Assembly (NCBI GenBank): GCA_958295775.1
Contig: CATQHC010000002.1
Span: 889,830-953,829 of the forward strand
Length of the DNA stretch: 64,000 nt
Reading direction: 5' to 3'
DNA from: Chloroflexota bacterium
GTDB lineage: Bacteria; Chloroflexota; UBA11872; VXOZ01
Each line of letters begins with the position of its first letter. The first letter of the stretch is position 1. This document shows, piece by piece, positions 10,819 through 23,430 of this stretch. Position numbers and translations under genes: made by a program. The notes under the pieces are model-generated. The model was not told the DNA's origin. It ran no database searches and saw only the letters and a program-made list of their open reading frames with translations.

Positions 10819-12003
10819 CCAAAGCACAGAATCTATCTCGACTACGCTGCCACCACCCCGGTTGACCCGCGCGTAGTGGCAGCAATGCTTCCTTACCTTG
10901 GCGACAACTTTGGCAACCCTTCCAGCCTGCACGCCACCGGTCGGCGGGCCCGTCGCGCAATTGAGGATGCCCGCGAACAGATCGCCCAGACTGTCGGGTG
11001 TGAACCAACGGAGATTCTCTTCACCAGCGGCGGCACAGAGAGTGACAACAGTGCCGTCATGGGTATCGCCCGTGCCACTCGCGCTGCCGGCCGCGGCAAC
11101 CACGTGGTCACCAGCCAGATCGAGCACCACGCCGTGCTCCACGCGTGTGAGAAACTCGAAGAAGAGGGTTTTCGTGTCACGTACCTACCGGTAACTGAGC
11201 AGGGGTTGATAGATCCTGCCGCTGTGGCAGCCGCCTTGCGCGACGATACGGTGCTCGTCTCGATCATGGCCGTGAACAACGAAATCGGCACCATCCAGCC
11301 AATTGAAGAGATCGCTACAGTCTGCCGGAGGCAGCGCATTCCGCTGCACACGGATGCAGTGCAAGCAAGCGGCAGTCTACCTGTGCACTTCAGTGACTGG
11401 GGCGTAGCCGCGCTCTCGCTCGCGGCACATAAGATCTACGGGCCGAAGGGCGTCGGTGTGCTGATTCTGCGCCATGGCTTGTCAATCCAACCCTTGCTGA
11501 CCGGTGGCGGTCAGGAGCGGGAGCAGCGTCCCGGCACCGAAAATGTTGCCGCCATCGTGGGCATGGCACTCGCGTTGCGCCTCGCGGATGAAGAGCGCAG
11601 CGAACGCGTCACGCACATGCACGCCCTGAGGCAACACTTTGAGAGCGGCGTTGCGAGTCGCATCCGCTGGGCCCGCCGCAATGGACACCCGACCAAGCGC
11701 GTCGCTGGCATATCCAGCTTCTCGTTTCCGGGCACGTCAAATGAAATGCTCCTCTTGCGTTTGGATCTCGCGGGAGTGGACGTTTCCAACGGGGCGGCAT
11801 GCACCTCCGGCACGGTCGAACCGTCCCACGTGCTGCGCGCTATGGGTTTGTCCGAGGAACTCACGACGAGCGCGCTCCGCTTCAGCTTTGGCAAAGATAC
11901 TACCGCTGCGGAAATCGACGAGGCGCTTGCAATCTTGGACCGCACCGCTCACACTTTGCGGTCGGACAAAACCCCACTAATTCCAAGCGAGAGCCACTCC
12001 TGA
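10819..12003 (+). CDS. Cysteine desulfurase (NifS/IscS class V aminotransferase)
   Basis: IYLDYAATTPVDPRV, TSGGTESDN, and a PLP lysine region SLAAHKIYGPKGVGVL. Start is probably MPKHRIYLDY at 10819 rather than the ORF-track 10699. Confidence 0.88.
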   Translation, partial: PKHRIYLDYAATTPVDPRVVAAMLPYLGDNFGNPSSLHATGRRARRAIEDAREQIAQTVGCEPTEILFTSGGTESDNSAVMGIARATRAAGRGNHVVTSQIEHHAVLHACEKLEEEGFRVTYLPVTEQGLIDPAAVAAALRDDTVLVSIMAVNNEIGTIQPIEEIATVCRRQRIPLHTDAVQASGSLPVHFSDWGVAALSLAAHKIYGPKGVGVLILRHGLSIQPLLTGGGQEREQRPGTENVAAIVGMALALRLADEERSERVTHMHALRQHFESGVASRIRWARRNGHPTKRVAGISSFSFPGTSNEMLLLRLDLAGVDVSNGAACTSGTVEPSHVLRAMGLSEELTTSALRFSFGKDTTAAEIDEALAILDRTAHTLRSDKTPLIPSESHS

Positions 12004-12083
12004 ATGTCGGCCCAAGAGACCACGTTGTATGGTAGCTCACGGCCCACGCTCGTACTGCGCTTTTCACTTCAACTGCACGCAAT

Positions 12084-12389
12084 ATGAATTTCCTCGAATT
12101 TGAGCTCTTTTCCCATACGCTGGCCGACTACCTCGCTCTCGTGCCGCCCGTGGTCGTGTTGGGTTTTCTGCTGGCAAGTCTGGAAGCGGCCGCCTTCCAT
12201 GTGCTGTTTGGCAGGGGCGACCGCTCGACGCTGTGGTATCTGGGCGTTGGTCTCGTCGGATTTTGGATCGGACACTTTGTTGCCGAGTACATTGGCGCCT
12301 TCTTTCCACCACTAGGACTTCTCCATGCCGCAGAAGCCTCGATGGCGTGCATTACTCTGATATATATTGCGGATTACGTACGCAGTTGA
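12084..12389 (+). CDS. Small membrane protein, unknown function
   Basis: 101 aa with three hydrophobic segments. No family recognised. Confidence 0.35.
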   Translation: MNFLEFELFSHTLADYLALVPPVVVLGFLLASLEAAAFHVLFGRGDRSTLWYLGVGLVGFWIGHFVAEYIGAFFPPLGLLHAAEASMACITLIYIADYVRS

Positions 12390-12456
12390 TACAATTTTAA
12401 TATAGATATGTCGCGACAGAACGTCTCACTTTAGCGTTGGTGCAGGAAGGCACAGA

Positions 12457-12759
12457 ATGCCCAAGAACACGGGAAGTTTTCTCTTCGGACTGATATTTGG
12501 AGCGCTTTGCGGTATGACGATGGCGTTGCTCCTGACGCCCCAAAGCGGGGAGGAGACTCGCGATCTTCTCGGCAAGAAGACGGAAGACCTCCGCAAAGGC
12601 GCTGAAGACGCAGTTGGGCGCGCGCGTGAGAGCACATCGGGTTTGGTGGAGCGCGGTCGCAGCATGGCGGAGGAAGCGCAGACGCGTCTCCACGGCATGC
12701 ATGGATCCGAGGCTCAAACCGCCGAAGAGCAGCCGGAAAAAGCGCCGAGCAACGTCTAG
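12457..12759 (+). CDS. YtxH-like (DUF948) membrane-anchored protein
   Basis: N-terminal FLFGLIFGALCGMTMALLLTPQSGEETRDLL followed by a charged coiled tail matches the YtxH pattern. Confidence 0.55.
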   Translation: MPKNTGSFLFGLIFGALCGMTMALLLTPQSGEETRDLLGKKTEDLRKGAEDAVGRARESTSGLVERGRSMAEEAQTRLHGMHGSEAQTAEEQPEKAPSNV

Positions 12760-13157
12760 AAACAATGGTTCTCCAGTTGGCATGCGTAACGCCGAGCGGA
12801 GACTCGCGTAATCTTGCAGCGGCACGCCGTCAGTCGAGCCATTGATTTCGTCAGTAGGCCGACGAAGACCTACTTACGCGGCCAATTCTCACTGCGAGTT
12901 CCCGCGCAGCCTTAGGGGCGCAGCCCATAGTAGGAATCCTTTTCTAAACTAGGGAGCGACGGATTGTCAGAGTTTGCTGGGGAGAAGTCGTATCCCTAGA
13001 CGGAAAACCGCAGCTTTGCCTTCCCATGCTCACGTGGGAAGGCATTCAGTTTAACCTGACCCTGGGCCCAACTTGCACTCGTGCAGAATGCGCGCGCACG
13101 GAGTCAATTCAGCAATGATTACGTTACTTCGTTTACGAATGGTAAGCTAGAAGTACT

Positions 13158-14267
13158 ATGCGTACAGTCGAATGGTCGCCTCAAGGCATCCGCCTCATCG
13201 ATCAGCGGCAATTGCCACAGAAAGTGGAGATTACCGTTTGTCGTACTGTGGCAGACGTGGCGGCGGCGATCCGCACGATGCAGGTTCGCGGTGCGCCCGC
13301 CATCGGCGCTTGTGCCGCCTACGGCATGGCTCTTGGCGCACAGCTTAGCGCAGAAGCTTCTTCGACAACGCTCTTGGCTGTTCTGGAAGAACACGCAGAA
13401 GTATTGGCCGCGACCCGTCCCACGGCAGTTAACCTGACGTGGGCGCTGGCGCGCGTCAAGAAGGCAGCGCAAGCAGCAGCGGTACTGGGCGCGGACGCCA
13501 TCCGCAGCGCCGCTCTTGCCGAAGCGGAGGCGATCGCAGAGGCCGACGTGCGCGCAAATCGATCAATCGGCGCCCATGGCGCGCCGCTCATTGCCGACGG
13601 TGATTCAATTCTCACGCATTGCAACGCGGGCGGTCTGGCTTGCGTTGAATTTGGGACGGCATTGGGCGTGATTCGCGCTGCACACAGCGAGGAAAAGACT
13701 ATTCACGTTCTGGTGGATGAGACACGTCCCTTTCTCCAGGGGGCTCGGCTTACCGCCTGGGAACTCTCCCGGCTTGGCATCCCGCATACACTGATTACGG
13801 ACAATATGGCCGGACATTTCATGCAGCGCGGGAATGTGCAGAAAGTCATTGTCGGCGCAGACCGCATCGCGGCAAACGGGGACGTGGCGAATAAGATTGG
13901 CACGTACTCGCTCGCGGTCCTGGCGCGGCACCACGGCATTCCCTTTTACGTAGCCGCTCCCACTTCGACCGTCGATCTCAACATTGAAACCGGCAGAGAC
14001 ATTCCCATCGAAGAGCGCAGTGCCGACGAAGTCCGGCGCATTGGCGGAAACGTGATAGCGCCGGCAGACACGCCGGCCGCGCACCCTGCCTTCGACGTCA
14101 CGCCCCACCGGCTGGTGACGGCATTTGTCACAGAGACGGGAGTGTTGGCAGCGCCGTATGGTCCCGTTCTGAGCAAAGCCGTCGCCTCCGCCCAGCGAAT
14201 GCAACCCATTACGGGAGAGCAACCGTCAAGACTTTCGGCAACTCCAAGAGAGAGGGTCGAAGTCTAA
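13158..14267 (+). CDS. mtnA: S-methyl-5-thioribose-1-phosphate isomerase
   Basis: eIF-2B alpha/beta/delta family. VRGAPAIGACAAYGMALGA, CNAGGLA, VGADRIAANGDVANKIGTY. Confidence 0.85.
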   Translation: MRTVEWSPQGIRLIDQRQLPQKVEITVCRTVADVAAAIRTMQVRGAPAIGACAAYGMALGAQLSAEASSTTLLAVLEEHAEVLAATRPTAVNLTWALARVKKAAQAAAVLGADAIRSAALAEAEAIAEADVRANRSIGAHGAPLIADGDSILTHCNAGGLACVEFGTALGVIRAAHSEEKTIHVLVDETRPFLQGARLTAWELSRLGIPHTLITDNMAGHFMQRGNVQKVIVGADRIAANGDVANKIGTYSLAVLARHHGIPFYVAAPTSTVDLNIETGRDIPIEERSADEVRRIGGNVIAPADTPAAHPAFDVTPHRLVTAFVTETGVLAAPYGPVLSKAVASAQRMQPITGEQPSRLSATPRERVEV

Positions 14268-15139
14268 TGGGGATGCCAGCAGCCGCGCGCGTCGGCATTA
14301 TCGGGGGCACTGGTTTCGCGGACGTCGAGGGGCTGCAAGACCGCCGGGACGTGCACATTGCAACGCCCTTTGGGCCGCCAAGCGATGCCTTTACCCTGGG
14401 CACTTTACACGGCATCCCCCTCGCGTTTCTGCCCAGGCACGGCCGGGGCCATCGCATTCAGCCCAGCGACCTCAATGCCCGCGCCAATATCTTTGGGTTC
14501 AAGCGCCTCGGGGTCGAGCATCTCATTTCAATCTCCGCCTGCGGCTCGTTGCGCGAAGAACTCGCGCCCCAGCACATTCTGGTGCCGGACCAACTCTATG
14601 ATCATACGAAGCGGCGTGTGAGCACGTTTTTTGGCAACGGCATTGTTGCCCACGTTGGTTTCGCCCAACCATTCTGCCCGACGCTGAGCGGCATTCTCTA
14701 CGAGACCGGTCGGAGTGTCGGCGTATCGATGCACCACGGCGGTACGTATATCTGCATGGAGGGCCCGCAATTCTCCACCAAGGCTGAATCTGAGGTCTAC
14801 CGCGGTTGGGGCATGGATGTCATTGGCATGACGGCCGTGCCGGAAGCCAAGCTGGCCCGGGAAGCTGAAATATGCTACGCCACTTTGGCCTGTGTCACGG
14901 ACTACGACGTCTGGCACGACACCGCCGGAGAAGTGACGGTAGAAATGGTCATTGAGAACCTCCTGCAGAACGTCGATCACGCCAAGAATATTGTCCGGCG
15001 CGCCATAGACGTGCTGCCTAGCGAACGGGATGGCTGCCCCTGTCCCGATGCGCTTGCCAACGCCATCATCACCGCCCCGGAGACCATTCCGCCCGAGCAG
15101 CGCGCTACGCTGGATCTCTTGGTTGGGAAGTACATCTAG
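14267..15139 (+). CDS. mtnP: S-methyl-5'-thioadenosine phosphorylase
   Basis: PNP/MTAP family. IGIIGGTGF, FLPRHGRGHRIQPSDLNARANI, MEGPQFSTKAES. TAATG stop/start overlap with mtnA. Confidence 0.88.
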   Translation: MGMPAAARVGIIGGTGFADVEGLQDRRDVHIATPFGPPSDAFTLGTLHGIPLAFLPRHGRGHRIQPSDLNARANIFGFKRLGVEHLISISACGSLREELAPQHILVPDQLYDHTKRRVSTFFGNGIVAHVGFAQPFCPTLSGILYETGRSVGVSMHHGGTYICMEGPQFSTKAESEVYRGWGMDVIGMTAVPEAKLAREAEICYATLACVTDYDVWHDTAGEVTVEMVIENLLQNVDHAKNIVRRAIDVLPSERDGCPCPDALANAIITAPETIPPEQRATLDLLVGKYI

Positions 15140-15237
15140 GCGAGGAGAGAGAAACGAATGCACAGTTGCGCAAACACAGGGAGCTCCGCCCGTTCGCGGC
15201 GTTCCGCCCCGGCAATTTGGAGGTGCACACCGGCGCT

Positions 15238-17446
<2,209 letters not shown>

Positions 17447-17519
17447 TTAATCGCAATTCGACATTGGCCTCGCACCGCGACGCAGCCAACAGGATCACAA
17501 GGAGGAGAAGGAGTAAAAT

Positions 17520-18743
17520 ATGAGCTTGGGAATTGCCTCATCCGCCAAAGTGTTGTTCACGTCTGAGTCAGTGACAGAGGGACATCCTGACAAGATGTGC
17601 GATGCCGTGTCGGATGCGGTTCTGGACGCTTTCATCAGCCAAGACCCTGAGGCGCGAGTCGCCTGTGAAACGGCAACCACCACAGGGCTCATCATGGTCC
17701 TAGGCGAAATCACGGCGCGCGCCAATGTTGACATTGCCAAGGTGGCCCGCAACGTTGCCAGAGAAATCGGCTACACGTCGAGCGACGCCGGCTTCGACAG
17801 CGAGACCTGCGCCGTGGCCGTTTCTGTCAAGGAACAGTCTTCCGACATCGCCCTAGGCGTCAACCGCGCACTCGAGTCGCGGGAAGGCAACAGTGACGAT
17901 CTCCTTGCTACCGGCGCCGGCGACCAGGGCATGATGATTGGGTATGCCTGCGATGAGACTGCGGAGCTAATGCCGGCGCCCATCATGTTCGCACATCAGC
18001 TCGTGCAAAAACTCGCTGCCTTGCGCCATACGCAAGCCCTTACGTACCTGCGCCCAGACGGCAAGTCGCAAGTTACTGTTGAATACAACAATGGCAAGCC
18101 GGTGCGCGTAGACACCGTGGTACTCTCAACGCAGCACCACCCGGACGTAGACCAAGACACCATTCGTCAAGACCTTATCGAACAATGCGCGCGGGCCGTT
18201 ATCCCTGCAAAGTGGCTGGATGAAAACACGCGTTACCTCGTCAATCCCACCGGCAGGTTTGTCACTGGTGGACCCATGGGCGATGCCGGCCTGACGGGCC
18301 GCAAGATCATCGTGGACACGTACGGCGGCATGGCCCGCCACGGCGGCGGCGCGTTCTCCGGCAAGGATCCGACGAAGGTGGACCGCTCTGCCGCCTACGC
18401 GACCCGTTACGTCGCAAAGAACATAGTTGCAGCCGGACTGGCCGAGCGGTGTGAAATTCAGATCGCCTATGCCATCGGCACGGCAAATCCCGTCTCCATC
18501 ATGGTGGATACGTTTGGGACAGGGAAAGTCTCGGAAGATGAGCTTGTTTCCCTAATCCACGACCATTTCGACCTGCGGCCCGCAGCCATCATCCGTGATC
18601 TCGACCTGCGACGTCCAATCTATCGCAAGACCGCTGCCTACGGTCACTTTGGGCGCACCGACATCGATGCCCCTTGGGAAGCAACCGACAAAGCGGAACT
18701 GCTGCGTAATGCTGTCGGACGACTATCGGGCGCAACTACATGA
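17520..18743 (+). CDS. metK: S-adenosylmethionine synthetase
   Basis: [44 protein letters not shown]. Strong AGGAGGAGAAGGAG ribosome-binding site. Confidence 0.95.
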   Translation: MSLGIASSAKVLFTSESVTEGHPDKMCDAVSDAVLDAFISQDPEARVACETATTTGLIMVLGEITARANVDIAKVARNVAREIGYTSSDAGFDSETCAVAVSVKEQSSDIALGVNRALESREGNSDDLLATGAGDQGMMIGYACDETAELMPAPIMFAHQLVQKLAALRHTQALTYLRPDGKSQVTVEYNNGKPVRVDTVVLSTQHHPDVDQDTIRQDLIEQCARAVIPAKWLDENTRYLVNPTGRFVTGGPMGDAGLTGRKIIVDTYGGMARHGGGAFSGKDPTKVDRSAAYATRYVAKNIVAAGLAERCEIQIAYAIGTANPVSIMVDTFGTGKVSEDELVSLIHDHFDLRPAAIIRDLDLRRPIYRKTAAYGHFGRTDIDAPWEATDKAELLRNAVGRLSGATT

Positions 18744-18831
18744 CGTGCCTGGCCGTCACGTCACTCCCATTTGCAGTAGGTTCTTGAGTAGTTGAGCAAC
18801 ATCAGTGCGTCCATAACACCTGGAATATGCA

Positions 18832-19848
18832 GTGACTGACACGGTACCGAGTGCAGCAAAGTCGCGGGTCAAGAGAATTCTTCGTGCTGCCATCGGCATC
18901 GTCATCACGGTGGTAACCTTATATGTCGTATACCGCGACACTGACCCCCAGGAGATGCTCAATGCTCTTGGGGGTTTCAATCTCTTCATGCTGGTGCCGT
19001 TCACATTTCTCTATGCGGTGCAGCTCTGGGCCAAGACCGAACGGTGGGCGCAACTCCTCGAACGAGGGAGAGTAAAGCTCCGCGTCGTTTTCTCCACCAT
19101 GATGGTGGGATACACGATCAACACGCTGTTGCCGGCTCGTCTTGGCGAAGTCGCGCGCGTGTATCTGCTGCACAGGCGCGCCGGCATTCCCGCCGGGCGC
19201 ACGCTCTCGACCATTATCGTAGAACGGCTGTTGGACGTTGCTTTGGTCGTTCTGATCCTTGGAATCGCGCTCCTTTCGGTTGACCTGCCCGACTGGGTGC
19301 GCTCGCTGGTGCTTTCAGGAACCATTCTTCTCGTCTTTGGGACCGCAGTGCTGGTTGTTGTCGCATACTTGCCCCGAGAATTATTCAGCAAGATCAAGGA
19401 CAGGATTCCTGCGCTGGAGCGATTGCCGTTCACGGGCACCATCGAAGCGGGGCTCACGCTCTTCGTGGAAGTGATTAGGACGCCGCGGGGCCTTTGGGCC
19501 CTCGGCTGGTCGATTCCGGCGTGGCTAACCATGGTAATTGCCACACATCTGGTACTGCTTGGTTTCGGCCTCGACGTGCCGATCTGGGCGAGTATGGTGG
19601 TTGTCGGCGCAACCGCGCTTGGGATGATCGTGCCCTCTTCTCCCGGGTACGTTGGCGTTTATCACTGGCTGGCCGCCAACTCGCTGGCGCTTTTTGGCGT
19701 AGCCGAGACTCCGGCAGAGACTGCTGCCCTTGTGCTTCACATCCTAGGTTTCGGCCCTGTCACGCTCCTCGGGCTCTACTACGTGTGGAAGGACGGACTT
19801 GGATCCATTGGCGGGTTGGCCGAGGAGAGCAAACAGCTTCGCAGCTAG
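18832..19848 (+). CDS. Flippase-like membrane protein (lysylphosphatidylglycerol-synthase TM-region/UPF0104 family)
   Basis: About 8 TM segments. Conserved LLPARLGEVARVYLL motif, typical of UPF0104 proteins. Confidence 0.55.
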   Translation: MTDTVPSAAKSRVKRILRAAIGIVITVVTLYVVYRDTDPQEMLNALGGFNLFMLVPFTFLYAVQLWAKTERWAQLLERGRVKLRVVFSTMMVGYTINTLLPARLGEVARVYLLHRRAGIPAGRTLSTIIVERLLDVALVVLILGIALLSVDLPDWVRSLVLSGTILLVFGTAVLVVVAYLPRELFSKIKDRIPALERLPFTGTIEAGLTLFVEVIRTPRGLWALGWSIPAWLTMVIATHLVLLGFGLDVPIWASMVVVGATALGMIVPSSPGYVGVYHWLAANSLALFGVAETPAETAALVLHILGFGPVTLLGLYYVWKDGLGSIGGLAEESKQLRS

Positions 19849-19874
19849 CGCTCGGCAATACGCTGCGGTTTTCT

Positions 19875-20486
19875 TCAGTGTGACAGTCTCTGGCTCTCGC
19901 GAGTTTGGTACCGAACGTGGAGAATCCGCTGCAATGTGGTGAGCATCGTCAAGACCGCCAACAGCCAGATAACGGCCTTCAGCACAATGATCATAGGAAC
20001 GGGAAACAACAGCGCAACGCCCAGCGCGATTACACGCTCAGGCCGTTGAAACCAACCCACAGAGCAGGATAGGCCTAGTCCCTCTGCCCGGGCGCGCGTG
20101 TAGCTCACCATTTGTGCCCCCACAAGCATGATCGCCGTGCCGATTACGGTGATGTCGTCCTGCTGACTGAGGAAGTACCCGATAAGGCCCAACCCAACTG
20201 CCCCTTCCGACAGCCTATCGAGAGTCGAGTCAAAGAACGCGCCAAAGGTAGTGCCTCGGTGGCTGACACGCGCCAATGCGCCGTCCAGCATATCGAACGC
20301 GCTGGCTAAGAGCATGAGAATCGCGGCCCACGGCCACGCGCCCTGCCACACAGCCGCTGCTGCCACAAGACTAAGCATGAAGCCGATAGTCGTGACCGTG
20401 TTTGGCTGAACTCCAAGACGGGCAAGTGGGCGAACCAAAGCTTCCATCGCTGATTGAGCCCACGCGCGCACTCCGGGGTGAATCAT
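19875..20486 (-). CDS. CDP-alcohol phosphatidyltransferase (phosphatidylinositol-phosphate synthase / PgsA-like)
   Basis: DMLDGALARVSHRGTTFGAFFDSTLDRLSE is the D(x)2DG(x)2AR...G(x)3D(x)3D signature. Start taken at MIHPG (20486). The ORF-track extension to 20633 overlaps the upstream GT4. Confidence 0.8.
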   Translation of the reverse strand: MIHPGVRAWAQSAMEALVRPLARLGVQPNTVTTIGFMLSLVAAAAVWQGAWPWAAILMLLASAFDMLDGALARVSHRGTTFGAFFDSTLDRLSEGAVGLGLIGYFLSQQDDITVIGTAIMLVGAQMVSYTRARAEGLGLSCSVGWFQRPERVIALGVALLFPVPMIIVLKAVIWLLAVLTMLTTLQRILHVRYQTRESQRLSH

Positions 20487-20544
20487 GATGTGGCCGTCTC
20501 CATATAGGTATACTGCTGTCGAACGAGCCAAGCAATTGCAGACA

Positions 20545-21777
20545 CTACCTCGCCCTCTCCTTCCTGCGCCGTCGTATGTTCGCCCAGTCGTAGCGGCGGC
20601 TGCGCGGCGCAGCGCGGGCGATACTATCCTCATAAAATGCTAGTATCTGAGCCGCAATCTTCTCCCATGAGTAGTCCTGCGCCGTTTGCGCCCCCCGCGC
20701 GCCTGCCTCCTCGCGCAGCGCGGAGCTATCGAGAAAGTGCGTCAACGCTCCCGCCAATGCCCCCTCATCTTCCGGCGGCACGAGGACGCCGGCGCCTGTG
20801 CCTGCCAGAACCCCGCGATAGCCTTCAATGCTTGATGCCACAACCGGCTTGCCGGCCGCCATGGCCTCAAGCAGGACTATGCCCTGGCTCTCACCGCCCG
20901 TAGACGGCGCGCAAAAGATGTGGCATGACTTGTAATAACGCACTTTATCTTCTCTACTCACGAAGCCGACAAAATGCACGTCGGAGAGTCGCAATTGCGC
21001 CACTTTCTTCTCGTACTCAGTGCGCTGGGCCTCCGTAAAGGCGCCCACGACGATCAAGCGGACTCTGTGGTCACCGCGCTCCTGCACCACGCGCAGCGCA
21101 TCCAACAGGTGTGTCAGTCCCTTGCGCTTCTCAAGCCTGCCCACAAACAGCACGTTGAGCATGCCATCGTCTAGATGGGGAAAGGGCGGCAACCCGCCTT
21201 GAAAGAGCTGTACATCGATTCCATTGGGAATGATGTTGTACTGCGACGGAAAATAGCGCTCAATCAACTCACGTGCTGCCTCCGAGACGGCAATTTGGCC
21301 CTGCAAGCGGTTGAAATATCGCTTCAATAAAGGCTTGCCATAGAGATACGCAAAGTGCGAGCGTCGATAGGTGTGAAATGTACCGACGTTCACCGTGCGT
21401 GAGTGGCGCAAAACTGTAATGGGCAGCGCCGGCGCGAGCGGCTCGTGCAAATGGACCACATCGAATCTTTCGTTGCCGAGAATTTCCTTTACCTGTCGCG
21501 AAAGCGTAAGGGAGAGCGAAATGCGGGCGACGGAAGCATTCGTCGGAACTCTGACGATAGTTTTTCCCACCCGATAGAGATTGTCGTAGGGCAACTCTTC
21601 TTCCGACTGCGATGAAGGTGCGAGAATCCGCACCTCGTGTCCCATGCCGCGAAACTGAGCATTGAGGTGGCTGATATGCTCAGTTACACCACCAGGATAT
21701 GCATAGTCGTAGGGCGAAACGAGGGCAATCTTCACTCTTCGCCTCACTTCCCGGGGACAAGCGCCTGTCCCAGCCAA
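20545..21777 (-). CDS. GT4 glycosyltransferase, PimA-like (phosphatidylinositol mannosyltransferase family)
   Basis: N-terminal IALVSPYDYAYPGGV. C-terminal GT-B region EGFGIVLLEAMAAGKPVVAS (E-x7-E). Next to pgsA-like and acyltransferase genes, as in mycobacterial pgsA1-acyltransferase-pimA. Confidence 0.8.
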   Translation of the reverse strand: MAGTGACPREVRRRVKIALVSPYDYAYPGGVTEHISHLNAQFRGMGHEVRILAPSSQSEEELPYDNLYRVGKTIVRVPTNASVARISLSLTLSRQVKEILGNERFDVVHLHEPLAPALPITVLRHSRTVNVGTFHTYRRSHFAYLYGKPLLKRYFNRLQGQIAVSEAARELIERYFPSQYNIIPNGIDVQLFQGGLPPFPHLDDGMLNVLFVGRLEKRKGLTHLLDALRVVQERGDHRVRLIVVGAFTEAQRTEYEKKVAQLRLSDVHFVGFVSREDKVRYYKSCHIFCAPSTGGESQGIVLLEAMAAGKPVVASSIEGYRGVLAGTGAGVLVPPEDEGALAGALTHFLDSSALREEAGARGAQTAQDYSWEKIAAQILAFYEDSIARAAPRSRRYDWANIRRRRKERAR

Positions 21778-22442
21778 TCCGCATAGCGCCGCATCTTGCG
21801 CCGGAAATAGAGCATCGATTCACTACGGTCAAAGTAGCTGCCACGCGCCAGCGTAGTTCTGTTCATGATGGCGCGGTGCACATCCGCGGCCGTTCTTCCT
21901 GGGAAGAGGGTGTGCGATTTGCCAATCCCCTCAAGGATGTGTGAATCACTTCCTCCAACCTGCGCGACTCCCAGCCTTTGCTGGATCGCCAAAGCCCTTT
22001 CGTAGCTCATCCTGCCGGCAGGGCTCGCGTTCATGACCTCAATCGCGTCAAAGTAGTACCCTTTGCGCTCCAGCCGCTTGAACGTATAGGGCATGAAGCT
22101 CAGGGTCAACCAAGACGTAGGGTGGGGAACGATCACGAGTCCTCCCTGCTCACGAATGCCGTCTATCGTCCATTCCGCACTGCGGAGCACCGGAAACGCC
22201 TTTTCCACCCACAGACCGACAAGGTGGCCGTCGAAGGTCGAGACCTCAACTCCTGGGATTACCTCTAGGCCGGGAAACTGTTCGGCAAGCGCCGCAGCCT
22301 CCAACGCGCCGTCGATTTCGTCATGATCCGTGACAGCCAGGACCGCGATATCTGTTTCTTGGCTGACGTACTCCAGCATTTGATAGGGCGAGAAGGTGCC
22401 GTCACTCGCATTCGTATGAATGTGCAAGTCGGCCTTGCTCAT
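21744..22442 (-). CDS. PHP-domain metal-dependent phosphoesterase
   Basis: ADLHIHTNASDG N-terminal PHP motif, DHD, VPHP. Start taken at MSKADLHIH (22442). Confidence 0.75.
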   Translation of the reverse strand: MSKADLHIHTNASDGTFSPYQMLEYVSQETDIAVLAVTDHDEIDGALEAAALAEQFPGLEVIPGVEVSTFDGHLVGLWVEKAFPVLRSAEWTIDGIREQGGLVIVPHPTSWLTLSFMPYTFKRLERKGYYFDAIEVMNASPAGRMSYERALAIQQRLGVAQVGGSDSHILEGIGKSHTLFPGRTAADVHRAIMNRTTLARGSYFDRSESMLYFRRKMRRYADWLGQALVPGK

Positions 22443-22498
22443 CGCTGTTGGGGTCTGCGAATCTTCCAGAGAAGGTCGCATGCGTCTGCCCCTTTTTC

Positions 22499-23410
22499 TC
22501 AGGCGCTCCCCTGGCTGGGGGCCTCGGTGTTTATTCGCTGGGGCCACATGGGACGGAACATGTACCATTGCTCAGGACATGAGCGGATGATGTCTTCCAG
22601 CATTACCGCGAGTTGCTGCATGATGTCCTGGATATCCCTTTTCTCATCGTCACTACGCGCGGTATACAACGGCGGGTAAACAGTGACCGCCAGCCCGTTG
22701 TCTTCACTGCGCCGGCACTGGCACATCACAAGCGGCGCGCCGGTCCGCAAAGAGAGCGCGGCAGGACCGGCAGGCAGATATGCCCGCTCGCCAAAGAATT
22801 CTACGGGTACGCCTCGCGCGTCCATCGGTCGATCGAACAGCAGGCCCACGACACGATTGGACTGCAACTGGCGCAACATAGCGCGCAGCCCTCTCTCCAC
22901 GGGGACAGTATCGAAACCCAAGCGATTGCGCACTCTGCGCACGATCCAATCCACTGTACCGCTGTTGAGTTGGTCTACCGGAATTAGCACGGGAAATCGT
23001 TGCGCAAGCATGGCCCCTCCCAAATCCCAGAGTCCAAAGTGACCGGAAACAAAGATGACACCCTTCCCCGCTTGCAGCGCCTCAGCAATGTGCTCTTCGC
23101 CCTGAATCTCCCGCACTCGCTTCTGCAGCCGCTCGGGAGTCATGCGCATCCAACTCAGGAAGTCCGCCAAGTACCAGCCGTAGTTCTCCATGGACTTCTT
23201 GGCGAGCTGTTGTGTTTCGGGATGCTGCTCCGGCTTCCCCAAGACTTGGGACATGTTAGCAAAGACGTTTTCGCGGCCCGTCCGCCAAACCGCGAACACA
23301 AACCGTGCTAAGAGGCTCGCGGCGCGATACTTGACAGACTGCGGTAACGCGCCATCAAGTGCGGCGCCCGCTACCAACAAGAACCGTCCTGTGAGCCCGC
23401 CGAATGTCAT
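22499..23410 (-). CDS. LPLAT-superfamily acyltransferase (HtrB/LpxL-like; PIM acyltransferase homologue)
   Basis: Acyltransferase motif SGHFGLWD (HX4D), a GLLFDRP motif, and the overall HtrB-like length of 303 aa. Confidence 0.75.
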   Translation of the reverse strand: MTFGGLTGRFLLVAGAALDGALPQSVKYRAASLLARFVFAVWRTGRENVFANMSQVLGKPEQHPETQQLAKKSMENYGWYLADFLSWMRMTPERLQKRVREIQGEEHIAEALQAGKGVIFVSGHFGLWDLGGAMLAQRFPVLIPVDQLNSGTVDWIVRRVRNRLGFDTVPVERGLRAMLRQLQSNRVVGLLFDRPMDARGVPVEFFGERAYLPAGPAALSLRTGAPLVMCQCRRSEDNGLAVTVYPPLYTARSDDEKRDIQDIMQQLAVMLEDIIRSCPEQWYMFRPMWPQRINTEAPSQGSA

Positions 23411-23430
23411 GACCTTCGCACTAACCTGGA

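Noticed and set aside
12760-13157. SAM-I riboswitch expected upstream of the methionine-salvage/SAM operon
   Set aside because: Could not recognise the SAM-I core (GGTGGAGGGA...CAACC-like) by eye. Kept only as an unconfirmed regulatory-leader hypothesis needing a covariance-model scan.
21744-21777. 34-nt overlap between the PHP phosphoesterase stop and the annotated GT4 start
   Set aside because: Not treated as a frameshift or fusion. The GT4 most likely initiates at an internal start (for example the GTG/ATG near VKIALVSP), giving a normal short junction.
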